Positions 27,132 through 40,500 of a DNA stretch of 64,000 nucleotides are shown in pieces. The stretch is from Botryllus schlosseri (Eukaryota): contig CM119371.1 of assembly GCA_051294905.1 (NCBI GenBank), positions 26,290,001 through 26,354,000 on the forward strand, written 5' to 3'. Within the stretch, counting starts at the first letter, position 1, and each line of letters opens with the position of its first letter. Made by a program: the position numbers and the translations under genes. Under the pieces are notes generated by a model. The model searched no databases, was not told the DNA's origin, and saw only the letters and a program-made list of their open reading frames with translations.

Positions 27132-29991
27132 CAGGGCCGTAACAGCATTTCGCCCCCTCCCCCCCAAAAAAAACAAACGTTGCTCTTGGCCCCCTCAGGC
27201 TAGATGGCAGTTTACCGCTATTTATCATCTAAATCGGGTGTCCGTCATAGGCAGCTTCTCTTGACTAATCGCGCAAGGCGCGAAAAATTTCAATAATTCA
27301 TGATTGAATCGGCCAATATAATCGGGAATTGAAAATATATTGGTATCAATTTTTATCCTGTCTCTGCTCACGTAATCAGATTGACCGGTTGAGCCGAGTG
27401 AGTTGTGTTTGAAACGGTAGGACCACTCAATAATAATTTAACATCTTCTGGCGTATATACCCGTTGGCAGGATCGAAACAGCACTTCGTCAGGCCCCTCA
27501 AAACAATTAGGTCTTGAGCTCCCGTAGGGTGATAAACCGACCCCCGTCCCGTTGTTCGCTTCTGCCTCGAAATCAGGATCCGTTTAGTGAGCCAGCGTTG
27601 AGCGCGAAAATTTTTCGATAATTCAAACTAAAATAGGTTAACAAGATCGGGATTTCCATATATATTGCTATCCAGAGTTGGATCAATTGTAATTTGTAAT
27701 TGTAATTGAATGTAATTAATTACATTTTTCAATGTAATTGTAATTTAATTGTAATTGAAGCATTTTTATTTTGTGTAATTGTAATTGTAATTGTAATTTG
27801 ACAAAAATTTTGCTCAATTACAATTTCAATTACATTAAGTTGCTATTGAGACCTGACAAGCACAACATAAAAGAATTGAATTATGATGCATTCTCTTTAA
27901 ATGTCGACAAGGAATTTGGTGGATCCATTCGCGGAAGACCTTGACTGCGCCCTTGCGGGCGAAGTTTATTTTTATTTTTACCGCTATGCTGGCCTCGGCT
28001 GCCATTGTATACAATTTTTAGATTACTAACCAACGGATGGATTCGCAACACGTGACTCACGATTGAATACGCCGAGAAGCGAACTGCTGAGCCGGCTAAA
28101 AGCAGCAGAATTGATAGTCCCATAGCTGGCGATCCAAGCGTCGAAATTTGATATCAATGGTCCTAATCGAAAGCTAGTGTCGCACTGATTCCGCAATTAA
28201 AGTATATTTCCAGGCAATGGTACCATCCCAAAATAGTCGTGAAAGTCTGGGAATCGGCATTGTTCTGAACAATCGCTGGGCGTAATTGGTAATTGTTGTG
28301 GTCATGCTGCTGCAGCGCTCTCACTTTTCAGAACAGTCGGCCTTAAACGGCTATTTTGGAGCAGTTACATTGCCCTGACGAGATTTTATTTTGTATTTTC
28401 GGAATTAGTACATCAATAGCTTACGATAAAGACCAGATGCATCAAATTTGGACGCATTAATCGCCAGCTGTAGGACTACAAAGTTTGCTGCTTTTAGCCG
28501 GCTGTGCAGTACGTTTGTCGGTGCATTCATCCGTGACTCACATCTTGCGCATCTATCCGTGGGTTGGCAATCTACAATACGATTTCAGATCACGATGCTG
28601 CATCGTTACTTCGTCTGACTAACTAACCAGACCACTGGATATTATATAACGTCTTATCTGACAAAGCACGGTTTTGTTTTTACTCCTCATCCTAATTCCT
28701 ACGTCCCTCGATGAAAATAATATTATTTCTTTAATTATATACTATATACGCAAATCCCACACATGCATATAGTATAATACTTTTCAACGACATACTGCAC
28801 CCTATCCTTAATCCTAACCCATAGGAAATTAGGTAAATAACATTTTACATTTCCAATTACGTGAGCCATAATTACCGAGCATACAAAACACGCTTATATT
28901 ACGTCACAATGACATCTTACATAGCATACCATGTAGTATGTACGCACATAAACGCAATTATTACTACACAATCTGAACTAGACTTGAATTGTTGTTAAAT
29001 ACGACGCTACGGTTGTCAAGGAGCACGGTTGAATTTATGATTATTCAATTACATGTTCAACAGCAGCAATTGTAATTGTAATTGTAATGTAATTGAAGCA
29101 TGCAAGGAGTAATTGTAATTGTAATTGTAATTTGATATTTTTAGCATGGAGTAATTGTAATGTAATTGAAACATGCATGAAAGTAATTGTAATTGTAATT
29201 GTAATTGAACTGAAATAATGTAATTGATCCAACTCTGTTGCTATCAATTACTTGTCCTCTCGCTCACGTAATTAGATTTACCGGTAGAGCTGAGTGAGGT
29301 GTCTTGGAAACTGTAGGGCCCGTAAATAATAATTAAACATATTCGGACGGGCGGACCCGTTGGTACGACTTCGATACATGATGTTATTTCGTGACCTCCA
29401 GTCTGCTATATCAAAAAATAAAGAATCGCCCAAACGTACTAAACTAAAAGATGCACACGATTTCAAATTGGTAGTTCTTCACTGGCATATCATTCTTCCC
29501 AGCGGGATGGTAGCCTATTTGTCTCGCGATGTTCAGATTGCCAAGACAGGAATATTCGCCGCCAGTTATTTAGGCGCCTATGGTCAATTATACCTATATG
29601 TATTTTGTATATACATAACGAAGTTTCCGGTCAGCGTAAGGGCAGTCCTTTTCGGCCAAGGTTTTCTCGTTGTCGATCGTTCTGGCACACTTCTTGGAGT
29701 CGCATGTTATATGGCCTAAAACTTTATGTCTTCGTGCGTCGTGGCGCGGTAATGGCCAACGCCGATATGCCCACTTCCATAAATCTTGCGTATTTTATCT
29801 TGGTGGAAGAGTATTCAATAATGAAGGTAGTTGGAAACTTGAAATCGCGCGCAAGGCGAAAAAATTTTGAAAAAGTTGCATAGAATTTCATAAAATGCTC
29901 TTTTTCATCCTAATTCATTAAATAATTTTGGGCCCACTTCGAGCTCGTTCCCCCCAACTGGGGGACATGGGGTGCGGCAGTTACGGTCCTA
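27132..29991. mobile_element. hAT element captured inside copy A (level 3); also present in copy B at 52711-54040
   Basis: CAGGGCCGTAAC / GTTACGGTCCTA; perfect TSD TCAATACC (27124-27131, 29992-29999). Confidence 0.85.
27673..29237. mobile_element. hAT MITE with (GTAATT)n subterminal arrays (level 4), absent from copy B
   Basis: Perfect TIR CAGAGTTGGATCAATT / AATTGATCCAACTCTG; perfect TSD TTGCTATC (27665-27672, 29238-29245). Confidence 0.93.
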
Positions 29992-31484
29992 TCAATACCT
30001 ATATCTATACCTATATCTATAGGTACTGCTCGTTCAACTGGAAAGTTAGGGCACATTGCATTGAAACAGCTGTGACGTATAATCTTTCTATAACTTTCCT
30101 GCAATCCTAATTGAAAACTCCAGACTCCAAGCCGAGCAATAATATTTTATAAATATTTTTTTTTTCATAAATCGATTTCTCAATATTTTTGTGGGGGCCG
30201 CAGAAAGGCTAGCTTGGGGTCGCATGCGGCCCTCAGGGCCGCGGTTGGGAATCACTGGTCTAGAAGCAAAATATGGAAAAGAATAGCATGCATTTTCTAA
30301 GGAAACCCACCGCACTCGAACTGAAGCCAAATCACCCTCAAAATCTGCACCAAAGCACACGTGCGATATCCATGATGTCGAGGTTTATCGCCATTGCGTG
30401 TGAATGCTTCTTAAACCTTTGCGACACAACAGAGTCGCACGTGTGTTATGGTGCATATCCCAAAAATATTTAAACGCGGTGACTTTCTGAAAATAAATGC
30501 CCTCAATGGCTTAACTTCAAGTCGAGACCACATAATGTTTAGAGCGTAGTTACCATTCTTCACTCATAATGTGATGATCTGGTGGCATGCAATAAAACTA
30601 AATGTAAATGCTCTACTTTGATTCTATCAATGAATCATGTGACTCGAATGGATACACACACGTCTGGGTTACCCCAAACCCCCCAATTGGGGGACCCGAT
30701 CTCAAAGGGGAGCCAAAATTATTTCGTGAATAAACATGAATCATGGAGTATTTTTTGGAAATTTATGCAACTTTTTCAGAGAAGAAATGACAATTTGAAA
30801 CCGTGTACGTCTTACGTTTGGGCGATTTCAATATCTTCTGACACAGCAGATAGGAGGACACGAAATAGCATCATATACCGAAGTCATTATACCAACGGGT
30901 ACGCCCTAAGATGTTTGATTATTATTTAGGGGTCCTACCTTTTCGAACACACTTCACTCGATCAGCTCTACCGGTAAATCTGATTACGTGAGCAGAGGGA
31001 GGATAAATATTAATAGCAATAAATATGCAATTCCCGATCATATTGACCGATTCAATCATGAATTATATAAAATTTTCGCGCTTCGCGCGTCAATGTTATA
31101 CACCCACTAAAGGGACACCCAATTTAGATGGTAAGTGGCGGCGAAAAACGTAGGGGCCGAAGCCCCCCAGAAGTTCGATTTATCACCTTATGGGGTGCCT
31201 GGTTGCGCACTGTTGTTCATGGGCCTGCGCAGTAAGTTGACGTGTTTGCGCAGACTCGTGAAAAATTAGAGGGAACATTGCTCATAACAATCGGCCCACC
31301 CATCGATGCATCATCATTTATAGCATGCCCTAAATGTTCGAAAAAACCCTTCATGATCACATGGGCTGAGAAATGATAAATGTTTGATAATAATATGAGA
31401 AACTACTAATGGAGAAACTACGAAAGTCGTTCGTGAATCTGAAAATATTTTCGCGCCTGTCACGACCATAAACAATCCTATAAC

Positions 31485-31986
31485 TAGGGCTGGACACAAT
31501 GATTCGGGCATTAATTTTAATGATTCGAGACGAGTAGTAAAAAGCGATTTTTCGGAGTACTGAAATTATACGTTCATCGCCACTGAAAGTTAATTTATCA
31601 ACGAGAATTATAGTTTTGATACTATTTTCCACTAAGGAAGCTTTGAAACCTTGATCGGGGTGTCTCAGCAGTCAGCATACGAAACACGGTACAAAGGCAC
31701 GAACGTTACTGGGAATAACACATTTCCGAAGTCATGGTCATCCCACAACATTGTGAAAAAGTGCAATGAAATCGGTATGGTCGACAAAATACCAAAGTAT
31801 CCTTAATGTCACGGATACCAGGCAATATGTTCTTTGTGGTGAAATATAAGGTACAAATTTGAACTTCGACATTGTGCATTCTGTTATGACGTCATAATGA
31901 GTGAAACTCGAATTCTCGACTCGACTCGAACCGCAATACGTGATTCAGAATCGAATCACTCAGGTACTCGATTTTGCCAAGCCCTA
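31485..31986. mobile_element. hAT MITE
   Basis: TAGGGCTGG / CAAGCCCTA ends; perfect TSD CCTATAAC (31477-31484, 31987-31994); GATTCG/ACTCGA subterminal motifs. Confidence 0.8.
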
Positions 31987-34900
31987 CCTATAACGTGGTC
32001 ACTCGCCATCTCGGTGCGTATAGAACAATGATATATACATGATTAGTCCGGAGTTCACTGAAAATGGACGTGAACAGTTTAACATGGGTATTTGGTGTCC
32101 AGCTAGTTCATGGCGACTATGCCCTGGAATGCGGCCGTATAGCCTACATGAGTCATCGCAATGCGGCCGTGAATAGCAAAAAGATGGGCCATCCCTGTTA
32201 TAAGGCATTTAAAATGACACTTATTTCACGCGTACAATACGTGGTCAAGGGCCAAGAAAAGCGAACAAAATAATGATACGTATGATATGATTGACCAGTG
32301 ATCGTTGATTTTTTTGATCTCGAAATATACCATTTGCGAAATAATACCATAAAAATACCATTTTTTCATGAAAATGATCCAGACGACGAGAAACTGTCCT
32401 TCAATTGTGATTGATTACAACTGGTTCGGGGCATGTAACAGAGCTGGACTGGATATCTGTCCGTATTTTTTTTTAATTTTTGACCGGAGCCGCATTTTCA
32501 CTCTTTTGATACGGTCAGAATCGCTTTTGAGGTTATTGATGAATAACAATAGGGAAACCGTGTTTATTAACACACATCAGTAGCCGCAAATAGAGACCTG
32601 TGTTCAATAAAAACCTGTGAGTCTAAAATATTTGGATAAAAGCTCTAACGGGACATAAGTGACGACTTAAGCGCATCATGATACAAAGTACTACGGATCT
32701 GGGCTCAAGTACCTTTTTGGTCAAAAGAGCCGTATTGACTCCACATTTCTAATTGTAATTTACAAAGAGTCATACAACGATGCCTACTAACTGTTACGTC
32801 ATAATTGAAGACTAATGACGTGCTGGCGACGCGGAAAAGAAGTTTACTACATGGGCTTCATAATTTGAAGTTCTAATATCCGCACTAAGCCTTTCCAAGC
32901 TACATATTGTAATTGTGTTCCGCGAGTGACAAATGATATTTTTTTAATACTAGATCAATTAACCAATAATTGTAGACAACAGTCAAAGTGAGAATCTATT
33001 GTTTATTTTTTGTAACACGCATTATACAACTAATCTTATTTTCGGGGTTTGGTGGGGACCACCTTCCGAGTCATCGCGTGGGCCATTTGGGTTTTATTGA
33101 CCTTTCTAAGTCGTCCGATATGAGCGACTCGGACTGGGCAACGGTGAGCGTAAGACCTGCCTTACAACGCACCCAAATCGTCGTGATGGAAAGTCAGTGT
33201 AGATTCATGTTCTAGCCGAGCGAAGACCGAAAATATTTCAAATTTAACGAATGAATTCGGTCAATAAAGTTGGTACTTGCATTGGTTGCTTATATTGCGG
33301 GTCGTGTTCACACTTCGCACCGCAGTGCTCAGAATGCCATGATAGATGTTTTCGGCGTCTGGTCATATCAATATCGAACATTTCGGCCAACACGCGACGA
33401 TCGTTTCGGGCTAAGGTCTCATAGAAGACGATACTTTTGGGACTTCACTCGCGGAGTTGCATTTAGGTGGATATGATACATATATTGGCGTACCCTTAGC
33501 TTGGAGATGGATGACACCAAAATGGGCGGGCGACTGTACATCACTAGACTGAAGCGCCACAACGGCCTCAAGCGATACGAGGAAGCTTCTCTCTTCTCTT
33601 ATAATTGCGAATGCAGATACCTCAATTCTGTAAATTAGGCTTATTTTTCTAGTGTTCTGGAGGGGTATTAGAAACAAGAAATATAGAGGCAATATTTGGT
33701 TAACTTTACTATTCAATTCTCAAGTTCGTCGGCGGTAACATAAATTTCAGCTACAAACCGACATGGCTATATTTGTAATTTGAGTTTGTAATTGGGAATG
33801 TCACTTCCACGAGAGTTCATTTCTCACCGATGATCATAAAGACAATGTGGATGAGAAAGCTGCATTGCCTCGCTGATCAATCAAAGCACCTTGTAACAGA
33901 AATCCATGATTCCAGGGCATGCGCTGTCGGGTACTGCGAATTCGCACATTATAATATTTGCTTGTCAGTGGGACAGCAACTTTACAAGTAAACTTGAAGT
34001 CGATCTCGACGAATTGGATTTGCCCGATATCGATCCCTTGATAACTTGAAGATACCACCTTTGCCTTATTGTAGACAGAAAAACTATTATATTGTCCCGC
34101 AACTATCAGCAAGAAATATTTGACGACATATTTGGAGTTTTAAAAGTGGCTCCCAGACCCCAAAAAAACATGGCAGCGCCAGGGCAGGAACTGTGCCCAT
34201 TATGATAGTTTATACAAAGAAGTTGCGCTAGACAACGAATTGTAAGTAACATTTTTCAAAGAGTTATATCATATCATTAAAATAACCATATATAGATCGC
34301 GAGTCATAGATTCCCACCCCCTGTACTAGATCATGCTTCTCAGTTTCTATAAGGCATCTGCTTTCCAATCATTACGGTTCGCATAAAAGACGCGCACACG
34401 CACACGCATCCCAACATGGTGGTTACTTTACTATTCTTCGAAATTACAATGAAACGTCGGTCTTGGCCGTCTGAGTCTCAAGTCATGCGCAATGACTCGA
34501 GTTCAAGTCGAGTCAATACACATATTGACTCGAGTCAAGTAAAGTTATTTCCGTATTTTGAGAAAATGAATCGACTTAAGTCGAGTCATCACAGAATCGT
34601 GACTCCAGTCATTACAACTCTGCTGTTTATGTACATGACGTGATGAACGCAAATCCAATACTGTTCCGCATTCTTAGCTGATCCGTAATCAGTTGGGTAC
34701 TTTATCCAGTCAATTTCTTACTAACTTTCCGTCAACAGTGTGTATTTAAGTTTGTATTTCCATCGAATTGTACGTATGTATTGAATTGAAAGTAACGCGT
34801 ACTGCTGTAACTGACACCGTGACTTGGGAAATTCCCTAAGTAGCACCGAGGCGTGGATAAAAGCCAGACGCGAACGGTGTGAGGCTCAGTCAGAGTGGTA

Positions 34901-35917
34901 GCCTATCTATATCAAGGTATATGGTGGAAGAACGCTAGCTGATCGTGAAAAATTATACAAGAACTTTTCCACAAGAATACATATTGCATTGTCCATATTA
35001 AAACCTCAGACACGTTTGCCAGCGACGATGTGATATGAAGCGGTTTGTATTATGCGGTGAGAGCAGAATATGAATGCCAAGATATTAATGTAATTCGACA
35101 CTCTAATTTCAACCTTATAACTATGTGAGTACCGCATGGCTTCGATTTTAGAATTAAATATTCCGGAATACTGGTTTAGTTTGCTGTGACGGTACAAGTG
35201 CTTCCCGATGTCACTGGCGTATCTCATGTTGTTAATATATATCGGCTGATTAGAGAGCTAGTCGGCGAGGATTTAACTCCGTCATTGCTAGAGGCTACGC
35301 AGTATAATCAGAGTCAAGTCTGAGGTATATTTCGCAAGTATAGTCACTCGTATGCTCATTGCTGCGGTATGTTGTCCAAATAAGATTGACGTTATTCATA
35401 GCTATATCATATACCTCATTTAAATCGAAGAAGAGTTGCTTGTGTATGACGCGTCGTGTTGTAACGCAACAAGTTTGGCAGCATACTCTGTACAACGCTG
35501 TGGGATTCTGTCTCGATTACAGTGGCAGGGTAAACCAGATGATCCATTGAGATGTGGCTAGGGAATGTATAGGACATATTATTTTACTAAAAGTCACTTC
35601 TCGACATTGTTGATGGAGAATTATATTAGTATACCAGCTCGAAATATTATGATATCACTTCACAACTTCTATCCACGAGAGTACAAATGTGAACAGATTT
35701 ACACACAAAAAGCTATGGAAATATGATGAAAGAACTCCGTTATGTCAATAAATAACCGGCCTTGGTGTTTACGAGACCGTACCACTCAAAGGTGGTTATA
35801 TGTAGGCGAATACAGTCGATGGCGCATCGATTCTATTGCCTATCTTCTCAAGTCAATATTTTGCAGACATGCCCTTTCGACCGAGCTTATTATGATATTA
35901 TAATCACACAACAACGA

Positions 35918-36700
35918 CAGTGGCGCTTATCGCCTGTTTAGGCCTTGTGCGCCACGACAATGCATTCGTAAAGTTCAGTTTCTTTGCTTTTGTATACTCA
36001 GGACGACTTTCATGCTCGCGCACATCCACTCTTCCATTCGCTCTCGCTTTCGTGCGTCCTCTTGCTGGTCTCTGCTGCCGACTTCGGAGCTCGGCTCACT
36101 CTTTCTCTGGGCTTTTTCAAGGCGCTGCGTTAACAGCGGGATCGGCGATGAGGAGCCCAGATAAACCTCCGACACATAGAAACAGGGCAGAGCCGAGACC
36201 CAAACCACCAACCATTGGTGTCGTGACTGCAGTGTTTACCCAACTGCGCCACTCGCTTCCCCTTTTTTCGACCGAGCTGAAGTAAGTTACTCGGCTTAGC
36301 ACAAGATCGATTTTATTTTTCACGCTTTGCATATTAGCATATTTTTCAACCAATTAAACAAAGCATTTATCCAACTCATAGATGACTTCAATTCAAGGCA
36401 TTTCAGTGATGCTTATGGCCTTGTTAGGCCTTGTGCATCACGGCACGGATATTATACAATTCAGTGACATTGTCTTTCTTGTATCTTTCAGTGTCATTGA
36501 CATTTGAATCCTTCTTCAAGCGCTTCGCAATCGTTCACTTTCATTTCACTCTTCACTCTGCATTTCACTCTTCCATGTATTCAACTCTGGGTTTCGGATG
36601 CCTACTTTTTGAAGCGTGGCTTATTGTGTTTCTGGGCTTTTTCAAGACACTGAGTACAGTGGGGTCAGCGATGAGGAGCCCAGATGAACCTCCGACTTAT
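35918..36700 (-). mobile_element. Two head-to-tail SINE-like copies (35918-36270, 36404-36700) sharing the family-B core
   Basis: On - strand: tRNA-like head TGGCGCAGTTGG...GGTTTGGGTCTC, core GTCGGAGGTT(T/C)ATCTGGGCTCCTCATCGC...TTGAAAAAGCCCAGA (compare 22815-22882). Both copies share the end CAGTG(GC/AT)GCTTAT..CCT...TTAGGCCTTGTGC as read on + strand. Confidence 0.65.
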
Positions 36701-37599
36701 AATATAAACATCTTGTGTTGGGTATTTTCACAGGTTATGTATATGAAGTGTTATTGTGATGTATTATATAGTTGTAACGGTGGTTTTATTTTTACTGGCT
36801 TTTACCGGTCACTGCCTATCTGCAATTGATGACACCAACCTACATAAATGTACATCGTAAGTATTCAGGCAAATGCCATTCAGTAACTGGGTATTTTTAT
36901 TTGCAGCTCGTGACTGAGATATACTGTTGATCATGCGTAGGACTGTATGTTGCATATATATAATTCGGACCGGCCTTGCCAACAGCTTTATTTACACATT
37001 AGAAACTATGTCAATAAAAACATTTTATCTGTTGAATCTATATATTAATGAGCTTTCAACCAATATTGTCGCATCGCGGAAAATCCCATTTTGAGCAGTC
37101 CACACTCCTAGGATATTTACATTCTTTACCAAACATTATTTCAAGTGAAGTAGGCTATACATATATACTTTCAACAAGTATTTGTTTATTCCTCTCCGGA
37201 CTCCTTCCAACCGTTCCAGCTCCAAACGTTATCAATGCCATAGAGGAAAAACCTGTCACGTAGACGGCAACAAACCGCAATGCCGGGTAAATTTTCCATT
37301 ACCGCTTATGGTAAGACAATGTATAGCTCATAGTTGTTCCGGATACACATACTAAGTGACTTTTTTATAGAACTAAAAGCCAAAATTTCACTACCACTTG
37401 TCACGAAAAAGAAAGTATACTTATTGTTGCAACAGAGATGCCCTTCTTGACATTGGTAACTCCGTAGTACATCATATGTATTTGAATATCGCCTTGTATT
37501 GGAAGCAAGCATGATTTTTAACAGGTGATAACTTGCGAAAACCAGTAAATAATACCCATTCGCCTTATGTTGTATTTAAATCACTACTTTCGTTAACAG

Positions 37600-40500
37600 G
37601 CGGGACAAAAGAGTTTCGATATACCCAGAATGCATGCAGGGCAGTAACTTGGTATTGTGGTGTGATTACTCAAACTACACTAGAATACCTGATCCCGATC
37701 GAATCTACCAATCAAAGTCATGCCGGAATTCCGTAGCGCTGTTTGTGAACGATAGTTGTATTGGTGACTTGACTCCAGGTAAGTTGCGGCGATAATAGTT
37801 TGTTACGGCATTTTAGATTTTGATTGCCCAAGTAGGACTAGCAACTTCATCGGTATTTCCCACTTCTATTCTAGACGTATCGTAATTCAATGCGATCACG
37901 TAACTCATACCTGACTAGCCAAGCATTAGATTACTAGCCAAGCATATAATAACTGAGAACTATGAAAACTATGAGTGTAACAACTATTTCGAAGTAATGA
38001 TGTAGTGTAAGAGAAATAGGTCGGTCTGCTCATCCTCTAACGCTATATTACGATTCCTACTTTTGTTTTCCATATACACTTATGGTGCTAACGTTTCACT
38101 CATTTAAAGCTTGGGAACTAATTAGACACCAATATGCTTTCAACTTTAGATTGCGATCATAACATAAACCGAACGCGGCAACCTCTAAAATATAAATACC
38201 CTGAATTGAAATTAGTGCACTAACGATTGTTGAATCTAAGTATGGGCCCGAAAATAGACATCGTCAATCGGTAAGTGATGAAAATAGTTGAGTTATTTTC
38301 AAAGCATGTATTATCATAATTCATGTATTTAGTACGAACCGCTCTGATGCGAAGCGTAGCCGCACACCCAGCCGCTCTACACAAGAAATCATCTATATCA
38401 GCAATATTATTTTTTAGACCAACTCGAGAAGTTCGAGAACATCAAAGAAGTGGAGTTCGGGAAAAACAGAATTCGAATTCTAAGAAAGGGCATATTTAGC
38501 AGAAACAGGAAACTCAAGAGGATAGACGTAAGCGAAAATTACGTCAAGTGTATAGAAAGGGGGGCATTCTCAGGTGAATATGTTTCCTTTCATAACGAAA
38601 ATCCCTCGTGAAATTTTGTTAATGTTATAGACAAATTTTGTTTTACGGTAAGTAGGCTATGTATATATTCATATCAAACAGCATCTAGCGTAGAAATGGA
38701 GGCATTCTCAGGTGGCTGTACACTTCCTTAAATAACTAAAATTGGCTGTGAAATTTGATTTATGGTATAGAGTCTATAGACATTATGACATACGATAAGC
38801 ACGTATATGTTGTTATCAAAACATCATTTTGTTTCGACTGCATTGCGATAAAATGTGTATCTATATTTCACATACGCAGCCCGCCATACGCACATATATG
38901 TAATGTACCAAATATGGCTATAGGAGAGGCTGTGGTCATGTTTTATCGCTTCAAGTGGTATCCTGCTATGACGAATGTGCTAGTAACGTTCCTCCATTTG
39001 GCAATCGTCACAAGCAAGGCTATGGAAAACGATGGGAGTAATCAGATCCGAGAGGAGTGTCAATTGTAATGTCATTAGAGTCACGTTGTGAGAATGGTGT
39101 TCTTCGAGTAACGAAGATAGTCGCCGGTACATACCGAACGTACTCTTTTATAAAAGAGAGTATATTTTGATGCAGTATTTCCGCCGTAATATCCAATGGA
39201 AGCCTCAGTTGGTCGCACCTCAGCACAATGCTATTAATATGTATGTTTTGACAATAAAGTCAATTATAGTTGTCAAAGTCAACTCTCACAAGATTCGCAA
39301 TACACAACAAAGCAGTCATGGTGCAGAAATTTAATATACTGGATTGCACAGGGATAGTAAAAGATACATATTTGAAGCTTTCAAGTCACTATTACCGTTA
39401 TGACATCAGCATAGGTGGTACACAAATATTCGAATCCATTCGGAAAAGAACCAGCAAAAATTATATTTTGACCGGCCCCAATGAAAAGGGTGTCCGGACA
39501 ATACCGAGAAAACCATTACCGAGAATATCATTACCGAGAATGAACACCACCGAGAATGGACGTTACCGAGAATGGACACCACAGAGAATGGACATTACCG
39601 AGAATGGACACCACCGAGAATGGACATTACCGAGAATGCAATATATGCAATGCAGACATGTTATGCATATGCACAGGTCGTGTGAGTGCATCACGGCGTT
39701 GCCACATTCGGTATCGATGCTCAGGTATAAATTTCTCGGCAACGTCAGTCCCAGTAAGCTATATTCTTGACATTGGCCATTCTCGGTAATGTCTATTCTC
39801 GGTGGTGTCCATTATCGGTAATGACCATTCTCGGTAATGATCGTTCTCGGTATTGTCCATTCTCGGTAATGGCATTCTCGGTAATGTCCATTCTCGGTAT
39901 TGGTTTTCTCGGTATTGGTATAGAACCAATGAAAAGTATTTGTGTGGTTCAATTCGACTTGTCTTTAAAGATAATCGACAAATCGTTACCATCACAACAT
40001 TCCTTACGTTGACTTAATGGGGTTTTGCGATATTTGAATACAACTCGCGTACTTTCCGTAATCCGAACTCCCGTCAGTGTGTTTAAAAGCCTATTGATAT
40101 ACCTTGACATTTGCATCAATGGCAATGTGATTATATTTCGAGGAAGCTATATAGTGGGGGCATACGAAACAAATTTGATATCGGGAAGTATATATTCGTT
40201 AAAAAGATTTAAAACGATGACCACTCATTGATGCTGCACGATCCAATTCCCTATTTTATTGTGCTTATTCTGTAGGTTTCCATCCAAACTACCGCGTGAT
40301 CAACGTGCGGTATGACTTCATTGTGAGAAAATGCGGCATCATTCGTTTTACAGGATTGCCTCACCTCGAACAATTACACCTCAGCAGTAACTTAATTCAC
40401 GAGATCGACGAAACGACATTCGAAGACGTTGAATCACTTCAAGAACTTTCCCTGCATAATAACCTGATAGAAGTATTGCGAAATGGAACGTTCAATCGAC

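Larger units (their letters stand above)
26700..30257. mobile_element. Non-autonomous Buster/Charlie-type hAT, copy A (level 2)
   Basis: TIR CAGTGGTTCCCAACC / GGTTGGGAATCACTG; perfect TSD GTCTAGAA. Inverted sibling at 52438-54473. Confidence 0.93.
26007..31280. mobile_element. Outer hAT element (level 1 of a four-level nest)
   Basis: TIR CAATGTTCCCCCTAA / TTAGAGGGAACATTG; TSD CCCATAAC/CTCATAAC (25999-26006, 31281-31288); TGCGCA subterminal repeats. Confidence 0.8.

Noticed and set aside
39489..39927. CRISPR-like array or repeat-protein ORFs (also 46850-47750, 55150-55620)
   Set aside because: Units are contiguous with no unique spacers, no cas genes are present, the context is eukaryotic, and the repeats form inverted transposon arms.
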